64,000 nt of DNA from the NCBI GenBank assembly GCA_045538635.1, contig JAZSRU010000128.1, forward strand, positions 1,044 through 65,043, given 5' to 3'. The stretch's first letter is position 1; the number at the start of each line of letters is the position of its first letter. The stretch is from Victivallaceae bacterium (GTDB lineage Bacteria; Verrucomicrobiota; Lentisphaeria; Victivallales; Victivallaceae). Under the pieces are notes generated by a model, which was given only the letters and a program-made list of their open reading frames with translations, was not told where the DNA came from and did no database searches. Shown in pieces: positions 46,279-60,013 of the stretch. Made by a program: the position numbers and the translations under genes.

Positions 46279-47475
46279 TTACTCTGCGACATCGACAGAG
46301 AGTTTGCCGTCATTGAACCGGAGCGTCAGACTGCCGGCTTCTTTTGCCTGCTGCGCTGTACGCACGAGATTTCTGTCGTGGTCAAAAACCATGGCATATC
46401 CGCGCTGAAGCGGCAGAGCCGGATCGACGCTGTGCAGACGGTTTTCCAGCATGGCGAGGCGGTGGGACAAATCGGTTTGACTGCGGTCGAGAGCCGCATT
46501 GAAAATATTTTCCATTTCATCGACGCGCTGTATTTTAACATCAAGCAAATGTTCGGTTTCGCGGAAAACAAAACTCCGCTCCATGCGTTCCAGACGGTTG
46601 GTCAGCCGCTGAAAAGAGAGCTCGATACGATCTCCCAGACGGCGTTTGATATTATCCGTAAAATCGGCACAATTTATAAAATTACTGCTCAAAATCTCCG
46701 CCGCCGCACTCGGTGTAGCCATACGCATGTCCGCCGCAAAATCAGCAATCGTAAAGTCGATTTCATGCCCGATCGCAGAAATCACCGGAATCCTGCTCGC
46801 GGCAATGGCTCGCGCCATATTTTCATCATTGAACTGCCACAAATCCTCCATACTGCCGCCGCCGCGCGTTATCACCAGCACATCCGCCAGTTCGGTGCGG
46901 TTGAAAAATTCAATACCTCTGATGACCGAAAGCGCGGTCCCCTCGCCCTGCATTACTGCCGGATACAAACGGATATGCATTTGCGGTGCGCGGCGGTCAA
47001 TGATTTTCAGAAAGTCCTGCACCGCCGCTCCGCTCGGTGAACTGATAACTCCGACCGTCAGGGGAAGAACAGGGATCGCTTTTTTGCGCTGCGGATCAAA
47101 AAGTCCCTCCGCCGCAAGTTTCATTTTCAATGCTTCAAACTGCTGCTGCAAAGTTCCGCTGCCCGCCTTGCTGACGCGACGGATGGAAAACTGATATTCG
47201 CCACGGACAGTATATACACTCAACTTGCCGAAACATTCGATTTCATCGCCGTTTTTCAAATCCATTTTGCGGCACTCGGCGGCACCGCCGAAATAAGTGG
47301 CTTTTATCTGGCTGTGAGCATCTTTCAAACTCAAATAAACATGTCCGGAACGGTGAATCAGCAGCGAAGTAACCTCACCTTTCAGATAAAAAGGCATGAG
47401 TGAATTCTCAAGCAGCTCCTTTGCCGCCTGATTTACATCGCTGACGCTCCATACGATTTTTTTCTCATCATCCAT
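46279..47475 (-). CDS. xseA: exodeoxyribonuclease VII large subunit
   Basis: OB-fold N-terminus (VSDVNQAAKELLE..., GEVTS), the catalytic region ITRGGGSMEDLWQFNDE, and a coiled-coil C-terminus. Confidence 0.9.
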   Translation of the reverse strand: MDDEKKIVWSVSDVNQAAKELLENSLMPFYLKGEVTSLLIHRSGHVYLSLKDAHSQIKATYFGGAAECRKMDLKNGDEIECFGKLSVYTVRGEYQFSIRRVSKAGSGTLQQQFEALKMKLAAEGLFDPQRKKAIPVLPLTVGVISSPSGAAVQDFLKIIDRRAPQMHIRLYPAVMQGEGTALSVIRGIEFFNRTELADVLVITRGGGSMEDLWQFNDENMARAIAASRIPVISAIGHEIDFTIADFAADMRMATPSAAAEILSSNFINCADFTDNIKRRLGDRIELSFQRLTNRLERMERSFVFRETEHLLDVKIQRVDEMENIFNAALDRSQTDLSHRLAMLENRLHSVDPALPLQRGYAMVFDHDRNLVRTAQQAKEAGSLTLRFNDGKLSVDVAE

Positions 47476-47476
47476 T

Positions 47477-50479
<3,003 letters not shown>

Positions 50480-50491
50480 ATTTCCTCCTGT

Positions 50492-51316
50492 TTACTGTCT
50501 GATTGCCACCTGCATACGGTAACTGCCGCCATGCAGCAGACGGATCAAAAGCTCCGCTATCATGCGCGGTTCAAAAAATTCATTGCTGAATACATCAAGA
50601 TACAATTTTTTTTCCGACGGCACAAAGCGGCCGCAGGCATTTTTTACTCCATCTTCAATATAGAGCAGCAGTACATCTTTTTCTCCATCTGTGGACGCCT
50701 GATAACTGCTGACCGCACTGTCCACCGCAAAAAGTGCATTTTCATCAATAAAATCGACCGCAAATCTGCGGATATCTGATGCATCAAATTCACAACCGTT
50801 AAAAATATCATACACATCTATTGAACAGGAAATTCCACCCGCAGCTGTGCTTTTGAAACGGCGTTCCCACGATAATGCATAGCGGTTGTCCTGATCCTCA
50901 AAAACCGGAACCAGACGCTCCATGCCGTTATTATTGACAATGCCGCGGTTCATCACGCTTGAGATTATAACAGATTCAGCCTGCATCCCCTCCTGCAAAG
51001 TGCGTATGGCAATATCAAAATCAATATTTTCCCCGCAGGTAAAAATATCAACCGCCGCATAATCATGTTCCGGCCATGCATGAACTGTAAAATGTGATTC
51101 GGAAATAATAACCACACCGCTGACACCCTGCGGCTCAAAATTATGAAAATAGGATGAGATAATGTGCGCGCCCGATTTTTCAGCAGCTTCGAGGAAAATT
51201 TTCTCCAACAAAGCACCGTTGCCGATAACAAGAGGCGCACAATCATAATACTCGACCGTCATCTGACGGCCGAGAACAAAATCATGCAGTTTTACTGCTG
51301 AACATTCATTAAGCAT
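50492..51316 (-). CDS. speH: S-adenosylmethionine decarboxylase proenzyme (class 1, SpeH/SpeD-type) fused to a second, non-processing AdoMetDC-like domain
   Basis: Domain 1 has FEPQGVSGVVIISESHFTVHAWPEHDYAAVDIFTCG, the ES/H self-cleavage site. Domain 2 repeats the pattern as LLLYIEDGVKNACGRFVPSEKKLYLDVFSNEFFEP and lacks the Ser. 274 aa against the usual ~125. Confidence 0.75.
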   Translation of the reverse strand: MLNECSAVKLHDFVLGRQMTVEYYDCAPLVIGNGALLEKIFLEAAEKSGAHIISSYFHNFEPQGVSGVVIISESHFTVHAWPEHDYAAVDIFTCGENIDFDIAIRTLQEGMQAESVIISSVMNRGIVNNNGMERLVPVFEDQDNRYALSWERRFKSTAAGGISCSIDVYDIFNGCEFDASDIRRFAVDFIDENALFAVDSAVSSYQASTDGEKDVLLLYIEDGVKNACGRFVPSEKKLYLDVFSNEFFEPRMIAELLIRLLHGGSYRMQVAIRQ

Positions 51317-52929
51317 TGAGAACTCAAATATTTATTAAACTCATTGAGCGCATTCTGCACTTTCATTTCGCGGTAACGCATGGTATAAATGTCTTTCTGA
51401 CCAGCAAAGCCCTTGACATCTGCAAGATTGCGTTTCTCAACAAAAACAGTTGCAACTCCGCCGGGAACCAGCAGCAATCTGGAAATTTCACCGGGCTGCA
51501 AACCGTTGACTCCGATGCGGACAGCAATATCTTTTTCATCAATATTCTGTATATTGTTGTTCATGATCATAGATGCCATATTGAAGGGCTTGATAACGGT
51601 GAAGCGTTTATCAGCTTTGACGGCAGCGAGCATATCTGCGGGATTTTTGACAGAAAGTTTTTTGATCAGATCTTCACAAGCATCAATAGCATTCTGACGG
51701 GCCTTGCTGTCGCGGAGGTCAGCGATAACTTTAGCTTTGGCCTCATTCATCTCTGCCAATCTTTCAGCCTTGAAGCCGGCTGCATGACCTACATAAACAC
51801 CTTTTTTGCCGGCAACGGCATTGGTGATGGGGACATCTTTTGCAGATGCAATGATCTCGCGGGCAAGATCTTTAGCTTCAAGAGTACCGACTTTCTCCGC
51901 ATCAGCTTTAAATTCGGGAACAGCGATGACTTTCACCTTGTTTTTAGCGGCAAAAGCATTAAAGGTCTGCCTGCAATCAGCACCTTTCATAGAAACTTCA
52001 TCATAGACATCGCCGGAAAATTTCTGGGCGGTATTGAACGCAATATCCTTTATCAATTTATCACGGAGCTGGATACGGACAGCAGACTTGGCTTTTTCAT
52101 AGGGAGTGATAACATTTTCCTTGCCGGAGTTGACAGTGAAAAGATTTTTATTCTGTTCATAAAATTCTTTCATTGCTTTTTCAGTAATTTTGCTGTCAGC
52201 TTCTTTGCCGAATGAGGGCAGATTATAATCAAAGCAGGCAACAAATGCTTTGGATGATGCGGGGATTTTGTAACGCTGACGGTTATTTTTAAAATAATTC
52301 TGCAGTTCAGCATCGGTATATTTGACAGATTTTTCAAAATCCTTGAATTTGAATTCAGCAATTCTCGCGCTGATATTGCCATTAAAAATGCGCCAGAAAC
52401 TTTCCACTTCGCCGTCAGTTACAACAACTGTATTGCGAATGGATTCCTGCAGTTTGCCGCCGAGCAGACCATTGCGGACAGCTTCCTGAACTGCTTTGGA
52501 TGAAATTCCGGTCTTTTCCATATTCCGGATAAATTCATTGTATTTTGCAGCATCGAACTTGTTATCGGTGCGGAATCTGGCAAGATTTACGATAAATTCT
52601 GACACTTCCCTGTCGCTGACTGTCAGACCGCGCTGACGGGCTGCTTCAATATAAGCATACTGTGAAAATGCCTGCTCAACAGAAAGGTCATATGACATAC
52701 CGTACATGAGCGACATAAAAATATTCATATCGACCATGACCTGACGCAGGTCTGTATAAGTAACATTTTTGCCGAAAGCTGTTCCTACTTTCTGATCGCC
52801 TGCACCGCTGCATCCGCCGAAAGTTCCGGGGGTCAGAAAACCCATGAATGAAACGATGATGATTACGGTGAAAATTCCGAAAAGCCAACGGCTGTTTTTG
52901 CTGAAAAATCTATTGATTGTCCTGATCAT
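51292..52929 (-). CDS. PpiD-like periplasmic chaperone (SurA N-domain family)
   Basis: N-terminus MIRTINRFFSKNSRWLFGIFTVIIIVSFMGF (TM anchor) and a long helical chaperone body. No clear parvulin signature was seen. Confidence 0.6.
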   Translation of the reverse strand: MIRTINRFFSKNSRWLFGIFTVIIIVSFMGFLTPGTFGGCSGAGDQKVGTAFGKNVTYTDLRQVMVDMNIFMSLMYGMSYDLSVEQAFSQYAYIEAARQRGLTVSDREVSEFIVNLARFRTDNKFDAAKYNEFIRNMEKTGISSKAVQEAVRNGLLGGKLQESIRNTVVVTDGEVESFWRIFNGNISARIAEFKFKDFEKSVKYTDAELQNYFKNNRQRYKIPASSKAFVACFDYNLPSFGKEADSKITEKAMKEFYEQNKNLFTVNSGKENVITPYEKAKSAVRIQLRDKLIKDIAFNTAQKFSGDVYDEVSMKGADCRQTFNAFAAKNKVKVIAVPEFKADAEKVGTLEAKDLAREIIASAKDVPITNAVAGKKGVYVGHAAGFKAERLAEMNEAKAKVIADLRDSKARQNAIDACEDLIKKLSVKNPADMLAAVKADKRFTVIKPFNMASMIMNNNIQNIDEKDIAVRIGVNGLQPGEISRLLLVPGGVATVFVEKRNLADVKGFAGQKDIYTMRYREMKVQNALNEFNKYLSSQCLMNVQQ

Positions 52930-53057
52930 AAAAATATCCTTTTTTAAAGTTTGAAATTTGTTTTAGAGAATATAATCCTGTTTTACTGTTTTTGCAAAGA
53001 AAAAGTGAAAAAAATACAGTTTTTTATTATTTTTTTCTTCATATTCTGAATAAGACA

Positions 53058-55658
53058 TTATTTTTTACCACTTACCAGCTTCAATACCATCTTGCGCACA
53101 ATATCCAGCGGAATTATCAAAACCGACAAACCGATACAAAGCAGCCAGCCGCGCAAAGTCAGACTTTCAACCGCAAATGTCTTGCCGCCGAATGTGACAA
53201 ACAGGTACTGCAAAACAAAAATCAATGCCATTATCAACAGGAAATTAATATTTTTGCCGATTTTCGAGAAAATATTTATCTTCTCCGTTCTGGCATTGAA
53301 ACCGTTGAAAGTAATCGCCATCATAAATGTCGCAAAAAGTGCAGATTTTATATATGTATCGCTGACATCACCGAACAAACCGCGCAGAGGCTCAAAGAAA
53401 AATATCCCCAATGACACCGCCGTAATATACAATGAACACAACAATATCTCTCCTGCCATTTTGCCGGTAATGATATGTTCATCGCGCCGGACAGGTTTTT
53501 CCCGCATATATTCAGGATGCGGCACTTCACTGCCGAAAGCTATTGCCACCAGCGTATCCATGACCAGATTGATTATCAACAGCTGCACCACTGTCAGCAG
53601 CACATCTTCACCGAGAAAAGGTCCGATACAGCATGTAAGAACAGCCGCGACATTGACTGTAAGCTGAAAGACCAGAAACTTACGGATATTTTTGAACATC
53701 GTTCTGCCGTAAAGAACCGCTTTTTGTATCGAAAGGAAATTATCGTCAAGAATGGTAATATCTCCCGCCTCTTTGGCAACTTCCGTACCGCTGCCCATAG
53801 CGAAACCGACATCAGCTTTTTTCAACGCCGGAGAATCATTGACTCCGTCGCCGGTCATTCCGACAACATAATTGAGTTCCTGCGCAATGCGCACCAGACG
53901 GCTTTTATCCGACGGCAAAGCACGGGCAACGACCCGCAAATCCGGCAGTATCTGTTTCAATTCATCATCACTTTTTGCCGCCAATTCTGCCGAAGTCATG
54001 GCAATATCTGTCGGTTTGACAAGTAAATTTGCCTCACGGGCAATAGCAACGGCAGTTTCTTTGCGGTCACCGGTGATCATCACCACCTGAATATAAGCGG
54101 AATGAACCTTGCGGATCGCCTCGACAGCCTCAGCTCTGACATTATCCCGGATAGAAATCAGAGAAACAAAAATATAATCATCTGCTGCTGCAGATTTCTT
54201 TGCCACCGCGAGCATACGCATTGAGCGGGCAGCCTGCTCATCAATATATTTTATCAAAGCGGACTTGTCCTGCCACGATTTGACATTTCCATCAACATCC
54301 GCAAAAGCGGAACATTGTTCAATTATTTTCTCCGGCGCGCCCTTGATATAGATGATTTCATCTTCATCTTTTTTCAAAGCGACAACAGAATATTTTTTGG
54401 CAGAATCAAACGGTTCAAAAGAAACAATATCTTTTTTATCAATTTTGTCCGCCATCCCGCCGGAGAGCCAGAAATTCATCAAAGCACGATCAGTACTGTT
54501 GCCGCCGATAACCTTTCCGGCGCCGATTGATGCACTGTTATTGAGCGCAGTTCCGGCAATGACATCGAAAAGGAAACTTTCTTTCATTTCCGGAACAGAA
54601 CTGATTTCCTCAAGTGTTGCAGGAACAAATGCCGTTACCGAAAGCCGCCCCTCGGTAATCGTACCGGTTTTGTCGCTGTAAAGAAGATTCAGACTGCCGG
54701 CAGTTTCCAAGCCGTTGATTTTACGGACAAGAACATTATCCTTTGCCATTTTCAAACTCTGCATTGACAGCAGGATTGAAGTCAGCATCGGCAATCCCTC
54801 CGGCACAGCACACACAATAATAGTAACCGCAACTGTAACAGTATTCATTATCAGGCGTATCCAACCGTAAACATCCGTCGGGGCATCGCCGCTCAAAATA
54901 TGTTTCCCAAGGATACCGAATATTATCACTGCAGCACCAGCATAACCGAAAACAGAAATATTTTTTGCAAGCATTCCAAGTTTTACCTGAAGCGGCGTTT
55001 TGCGTGTTTCCTCCTGCACCTCCAATGCAAGCTTGCCGAAAAGTGTTTTGTCCCCTACTTCCCGAACCTGCATAACAGCCTCGCCGCCAGCAACAACTGT
55101 ACCGCGGTAAATATAATAAGGATTAAGCAAATCTCTGCTATCAAACTGCGCCCCGTCCGGACAGACAATTTTTTCGGCTTCCTCGGTTTCACCGTTCAAT
55201 GCGGCCTGATCGACTTTGAGTGAATTTTCAAGCAGAATGCCGTCCGCTGGAATTTTGTCCCCGGACTGCAGACAGACAACATCACCGACAACAAGTTCGC
55301 TCACATGACATTCGTGAAGTGCATTATTGCGGACGACTTTGGCAGTTTCTTTTGCCTCTTCCTGCAATTTAAGCAGCAGCGCCTTTTTCTCCTGACTGCA
55401 CTCGCTCATGGAAGAAACTCCGTTGGCGATGATTATGGCAATCAGAACTCCGACAGCTTCGTACCAATGCCCCTGCCCCAGCAGAAACAATACGATTTGA
55501 ATAACAAACGCCACCAGCAGAATAACGATCATCGGATCGGTAAATCCGTGTAATATCTTGTACCACAAAGGTTCAGGTGGAATATGAGTCAACTCATTTG
55601 AACCGTTTATTTCCCTGCTTTTTACTATTTCTTCATCTGTCAATCCGCCAAATTTCAT
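53058..55658 (-). CDS. P-type (P2, Ca2+/cation-transporting) ATPase
   Basis: Motifs DKTGTITEG, TGD (MITGDRKETA), GMTGDGVNDSPALKKADVG and PEGLP in TM4. 866 aa. Confidence 0.9.
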   Translation of the reverse strand: MKFGGLTDEEIVKSREINGSNELTHIPPEPLWYKILHGFTDPMIVILLVAFVIQIVLFLLGQGHWYEAVGVLIAIIIANGVSSMSECSQEKKALLLKLQEEAKETAKVVRNNALHECHVSELVVGDVVCLQSGDKIPADGILLENSLKVDQAALNGETEEAEKIVCPDGAQFDSRDLLNPYYIYRGTVVAGGEAVMQVREVGDKTLFGKLALEVQEETRKTPLQVKLGMLAKNISVFGYAGAAVIIFGILGKHILSGDAPTDVYGWIRLIMNTVTVAVTIIVCAVPEGLPMLTSILLSMQSLKMAKDNVLVRKINGLETAGSLNLLYSDKTGTITEGRLSVTAFVPATLEEISSVPEMKESFLFDVIAGTALNNSASIGAGKVIGGNSTDRALMNFWLSGGMADKIDKKDIVSFEPFDSAKKYSVVALKKDEDEIIYIKGAPEKIIEQCSAFADVDGNVKSWQDKSALIKYIDEQAARSMRMLAVAKKSAAADDYIFVSLISIRDNVRAEAVEAIRKVHSAYIQVVMITGDRKETAVAIAREANLLVKPTDIAMTSAELAAKSDDELKQILPDLRVVARALPSDKSRLVRIAQELNYVVGMTGDGVNDSPALKKADVGFAMGSGTEVAKEAGDITILDDNFLSIQKAVLYGRTMFKNIRKFLVFQLTVNVAAVLTCCIGPFLGEDVLLTVVQLLIINLVMDTLVAIAFGSEVPHPEYMREKPVRRDEHIITGKMAGEILLCSLYITAVSLGIFFFEPLRGLFGDVSDTYIKSALFATFMMAITFNGFNARTEKINIFSKIGKNINFLLIMALIFVLQYLFVTFGGKTFAVESLTLRGWLLCIGLSVLIIPLDIVRKMVLKLVSGKK

Positions 55659-55665
55659 AATATAC

Positions 55666-56757
55666 TCACTTTACACTGTCTGCAATTATTTTTTTAAACA
55701 CTTCAAGTCCCTCTTTTTCTGAATAAGTTCCGAAAAGTTCCCCAAAATGGAATACGGCAATTTTGCCTCTGCCTCCGGCAATTCCCCAGTCTGCATCACG
55801 AGCCTCCCCGGGCCCATTCACAATACAGCCCATAACTGCAATTTTTTTAAACGGCAGAGAATAACCGTTTGACTTCAAGCCGTCAATATAATCTTCAATT
55901 TCCTCTGCCAGATATTTCAAATCAATCTCTGTCCTGCCGCAAGTAGGACAGCTGACAAGTTCCGGTTCTGCCGTACGCAATCCGCAGCTTTCAAGTATGG
56001 CAACAGCCGCGCGCACCTCCTCAACCGGATCTGCAGTCAGACTTACACGCAATGTATCTCCGATTCCGGACAGCAGCAAATGTCCGATCCCAACCGCAGA
56101 TTTTATGATTCCGCGCCGCAAGGTTCCGGCCTCTGTAATGCCGATATGCAGCGGATAATCGTAGCGTTCACTGAAAACTTTGTACGCATCAAGAGTAATT
56201 GGAACCGATGAGGATTTCAAAGAAACTTTGATATTCTTAAAACCGTATTTTTCCAGCATTTCACATTGTTTGACCACACTCATTATCAAAGCTTCAGTCA
56301 TTGCTTTTTCCGGCGAGTCAAACTTTTCACAACATTGTTTCAAAAGATTTTTGTCAACGCTGCCGGAATTTGCCCCGACGCGGATAACAGCATTGCAGTC
56401 AAGTGCTTTAAAAGCAATCTTTTTTACCATTTCTTCATTCTGGAGATTGCCGGGATTGATCCGCAATCCGTGAACTCCGCTCTCCAATGCCTGCAAAGCA
56501 ATATTGCCGTCAAAATGCACATCTGCAATAACCGGTATCGGACTTGCTGCAGCAATATCTTTCAAAACTTCAGCAGCTCTGATGTCCGGAGCAGCAAGAC
56601 GGATGATCTCGCAGCCGCAATCCGCAAGTTTTCTGATTTGAGTCAGACTTGCTTCCGCATCGCGTGTATCAGTATCGCACATACTCTGAATACGGACAGG
56701 ATTATTGCCGCCGAGAGCGCATGTGCCGACATTAAGAATTCTGGTCATTATTTTCAT
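55666..56757 (-). CDS. ispG: 4-hydroxy-3-methylbut-2-en-1-yl diphosphate synthase
   Basis: IRIQSMCDT, LRINPGN and the [4Fe-4S] Cys ligands (SCPTCGRT...MGCIVNGPGE). Confidence 0.92.
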   Translation of the reverse strand: MKIMTRILNVGTCALGGNNPVRIQSMCDTDTRDAEASLTQIRKLADCGCEIIRLAAPDIRAAEVLKDIAAASPIPVIADVHFDGNIALQALESGVHGLRINPGNLQNEEMVKKIAFKALDCNAVIRVGANSGSVDKNLLKQCCEKFDSPEKAMTEALIMSVVKQCEMLEKYGFKNIKVSLKSSSVPITLDAYKVFSERYDYPLHIGITEAGTLRRGIIKSAVGIGHLLLSGIGDTLRVSLTADPVEEVRAAVAILESCGLRTAEPELVSCPTCGRTEIDLKYLAEEIEDYIDGLKSNGYSLPFKKIAVMGCIVNGPGEARDADWGIAGGRGKIAVFHFGELFGTYSEKEGLEVFKKIIADSVK

Positions 56758-58412
56758 TTAGTGACCTGTTCTGTTTTTTCAAATTTGGCGCGCCATGAAT
56801 CAGGTGCCAAACGCAGAATATCAAAGAAACTGACATAAATCATCATCAGAATCAGCAGACCGATGAAAATATACGATAAAACAGAGATCACACATTTGGG
56901 CAGCGGCCGGCGGAAAATAATCTCTATCAAAGCAAAAACGATATGCCCCCCGTCAAGCACTGGCAGCGGCATCAAATTAAAAATCGCCAGCGCAAAACAA
57001 ATCACCACCACAAAATAAATTCCCGTCATAATGCTTGACTGATGCACCGCATTGAACAATGTATCAGCAATCCCGGCAGGACCGGACATATGGCGCAGCT
57101 GAATTGAACTTGTTTTTTCTGTAACTCCGATCATATTGCCGACTGTAGTCAAAAGACCGCGCAAAGATTTGTAGCTCATATCAACGGTTGCATAAAACTG
57201 CTGCAGCGGATTGGGATGATCTTTAAGTCCGATGACCAGACCTGTTGCGAACAACCGGAACTGCTCCGGAACGAGAGTTAATTGAATTTTTTTATCTCCG
57301 CGTTTGATATCCAGAATAACTTTTTCACCTCTGTTGCTGCGGCTCAATTTTTGAAATTTTTCAACGCTGTCGATCACATTTCCGTTCCATTTTTCAATAA
57401 TATCACCGGAGCGCACACCGGCCTTGTCGGCTGGAAATAAATCCAGAACATTGCCGACGGTGAGTGGCATCTCCTCATTATAACCGATCCCGATCAGGTA
57501 GCGTTTATTTTCTTCTGCAATTTTTATTTCAGTAGGAATAACTTCGCATTTGACGATTTCATTGCCGCGCTTTACTACAAAATCAAGTTTACCGGCATGA
57601 TGATTGATATAAGAGAAAAATTCTGAATAATCTGTAAATTTGCGTCCGTTGAGCGAAACCAGCAGGTCCCCGCGTCTGATACCACCACGCTCTGCCTCAG
57701 AATCCTTTTCCGGATAAAGCTCAATGGGAATATGCGGTTCAAAAAACGGCCATGCGATCTTCTCATATTTCAATTTACCGGGAGCATCCGGATTTATTGC
57801 AGGCACATAACGCACAACCGTTCTTTTGCCGCCTCGCTCGATCTCAAGCTCAACCTCTCCGACAGTAAGCAGGATATCTTTGGTAAATTCCGCCCATGTT
57901 TTACGGAACTCGCGGCCGTTCAGTTTTACGATTTTATCACCTTTGCGCAAACCGGCAGCATATTCAGGGGAACTTTCGACCACAGAAAGGACTTCGATCT
58001 CACGCATTTTCGGAGAATCCTGCGGGATACCGATCCACCAGACCAGACATCCGAGCAGCAATCCATAAAGAATATTGAAAAACGGTCCGGCAAACGCAGT
58101 TACCAGACGGTCAAAAGCTTTTGCCTGCGGCAGAACCGTTCCGTCCGCCGCCTTGATTTCATCACTTGCAGAATCGACCTGCGGCAGTTCAACATAACCG
58201 CCGAGCGGCAGCCAGCCGATACGGTATTCTATACCATTTATCTTTTTGCCCCATATTTTTTTGAAGCCGATAGAAAAAGCATCAATATGCAGACCGCGCC
58301 ATTTCGCCGCCAGAAAATGTCCAAGTTCGTGAACAAAAACACAGGAACCAAAGAAAAATACCATAAAAATAAAGGCTCCCACCATTGACAAATACTCTCC
58401 GACAATACTCAT
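56754..58412 (-). CDS. rseP: RIP metalloprotease RseP (M50 with PDZ domains)
   Basis: HELGHFLAA in TM1, tandem PDZ-like segments, and a C-terminal NLMPLPVLDGGH motif. Confidence 0.9.
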   Translation of the reverse strand: MSIVGEYLSMVGAFIFMVFFFGSCVFVHELGHFLAAKWRGLHIDAFSIGFKKIWGKKINGIEYRIGWLPLGGYVELPQVDSASDEIKAADGTVLPQAKAFDRLVTAFAGPFFNILYGLLLGCLVWWIGIPQDSPKMREIEVLSVVESSPEYAAGLRKGDKIVKLNGREFRKTWAEFTKDILLTVGEVELEIERGGKRTVVRYVPAINPDAPGKLKYEKIAWPFFEPHIPIELYPEKDSEAERGGIRRGDLLVSLNGRKFTDYSEFFSYINHHAGKLDFVVKRGNEIVKCEVIPTEIKIAEENKRYLIGIGYNEEMPLTVGNVLDLFPADKAGVRSGDIIEKWNGNVIDSVEKFQKLSRSNRGEKVILDIKRGDKKIQLTLVPEQFRLFATGLVIGLKDHPNPLQQFYATVDMSYKSLRGLLTTVGNMIGVTEKTSSIQLRHMSGPAGIADTLFNAVHQSSIMTGIYFVVVICFALAIFNLMPLPVLDGGHIVFALIEIIFRRPLPKCVISVLSYIFIGLLILMMIYVSFFDILRLAPDSWRAKFEKTEQVTK

Positions 58413-58424
58413 ATTACTCCTTTT

Positions 58425-59567
58425 TTATATTTCTTCAGCCATTCTGTACGCTGCAGTTGCCGCATCACGCACAGCATCCAAATCATCAAGCTTCTGCAAA
58501 GGAACAGATTCCATTGCAGTTTCAACGATATCCCATATTTTGACAAAAGGTATTTCACCCCGGCAGAATCTCTGTACTGCAGCGTCATTGGCACAATTCA
58601 TCACCAAAGGCATATTATGCCCCAACTCCAATGCACGCTGCGCGAATCTGATCGACGGAAAAACATCTTCATCGACAGCTTCAAAATGCAGAGTTCCAAG
58701 TTTCGCCAGATCAAGCGGTACGACTTCGCTTGCCAGCACATCCGGATAACTCAATGCATACTGAATCGGCAGCTCCATCGAAGGATTTGAAAACAATCCG
58801 CTCATGGAATTATCCGCAAATTCCACCAATGAATGTATTATTCCCTCCGGATGAACCAGAACTTTTATTTTTTCCCGCTCAACTCCGAAAAGGAATGAAG
58901 CTTCCACAACTTCCAATGCCTTGTTCATCAGCGACGCTGAATCTATGGTTATTTTCCGTCCCATTGACCATACCGGATGCTTCAAAGCATCTTCAACTCT
59001 GACATTTTCCAGCATTTTGCGGCTGAATCCGCGGAACGGTCCGCCGGAACAGGTCAGCACCAGCGATTTCACATCCTGCATATCATGCATTGCCAGACAC
59101 TGAAAAATCGCCGAATGTTCACTGTCAACCGGAATTATTCTGCCGCCATATTTTTTCGCTTTTTCCATGACGATATCACCGGCAAGCAGCATCACTTCCT
59201 TGCTCGCCAGCGCAACAGTTTTGCCATGCCGCAAAGCGGCAATAACCGGTTCAAGCGCAGAAAAACCGAGAATAGCGCATATCACAATATCCACATCCGG
59301 AGCAGAAACACATTCACACATGGCATGAATACCGGATTGCACACACACATCTGACGGGGCTTCATCTTTGCATCTGCCGTAAAAATCCTCATGGCCGACA
59401 ATAACATTTTTCACATTCAGTGCAGCGGCTTGATGCAGCAGCATCTTGTAATTCACATTGGCAACAAGCGTCTTTACTTCAAATCTGTCCTTGTGAAAAG
59501 CAAGCACCTTGCAGGCATTCTGCCCCACCGACCCCGTACTGCCGAGCAAAACAACTTTTTTTCTCAT
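58425..59567 (-). CDS. dxr: 1-deoxy-D-xylulose-5-phosphate reductoisomerase
   Basis: Motifs LLGSTGSVGQNA, LASKE, PVDSEHSA and HPVWSMG. Confidence 0.93.
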   Translation of the reverse strand: MRKKVVLLGSTGSVGQNACKVLAFHKDRFEVKTLVANVNYKMLLHQAAALNVKNVIVGHEDFYGRCKDEAPSDVCVQSGIHAMCECVSAPDVDIVICAILGFSALEPVIAALRHGKTVALASKEVMLLAGDIVMEKAKKYGGRIIPVDSEHSAIFQCLAMHDMQDVKSLVLTCSGGPFRGFSRKMLENVRVEDALKHPVWSMGRKITIDSASLMNKALEVVEASFLFGVEREKIKVLVHPEGIIHSLVEFADNSMSGLFSNPSMELPIQYALSYPDVLASEVVPLDLAKLGTLHFEAVDEDVFPSIRFAQRALELGHNMPLVMNCANDAAVQRFCRGEIPFVKIWDIVETAMESVPLQKLDDLDAVRDAATAAYRMAEEI

Positions 59568-60013
59568 TTCTTCGACTCAAGCATTATTGTTACAGGGCCC
59601 ATATTACAAAAATCAACTGCCATTTCAGCACCGAATATACCGCAGCCGAACTCTGCCAGAGGATAAGTCTGCAGCTCTTTTTTAAATTCCTCATACAAAT
59701 GTTCCGCAAGCTCCGGAGCAGCAGCATCACTGTACCCCGGACGGTTTCCTTTGCGGCTGTCGGCATAGAGAGTAAACTGCGAAACAACCAACGCTCCGCC
59801 GCCGACATCCAGCAGAGATCGATTCATTTTGCCTTCATCATCATGAAAAATACGCAAATTCACCGCGCGGCGGGCAAGATATTTCACATCTTCAATCGTA
59901 TCGCTGTGAGTTACACCAAGCAATATCAATATACCGCCGTTTTCAACTTTACCGGTTATTTGACCGTCAACACTTACCTGCCCATGAGAAATACGCTGAA
60001 TCAATGCCCGCAT
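59564..60013 (-). CDS. dtd: D-aminoacyl-tRNA deacylase
   Basis: [17 protein letters not shown] and the SQFTLYAD motif. 149 aa. Confidence 0.9.
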   Translation of the reverse strand: MRALIQRISHGQVSVDGQITGKVENGGILILLGVTHSDTIEDVKYLARRAVNLRIFHDDEGKMNRSLLDVGGGALVVSQFTLYADSRKGNRPGYSDAAAPELAEHLYEEFKKELQTYPLAEFGCGIFGAEMAVDFCNMGPVTIMLESKK

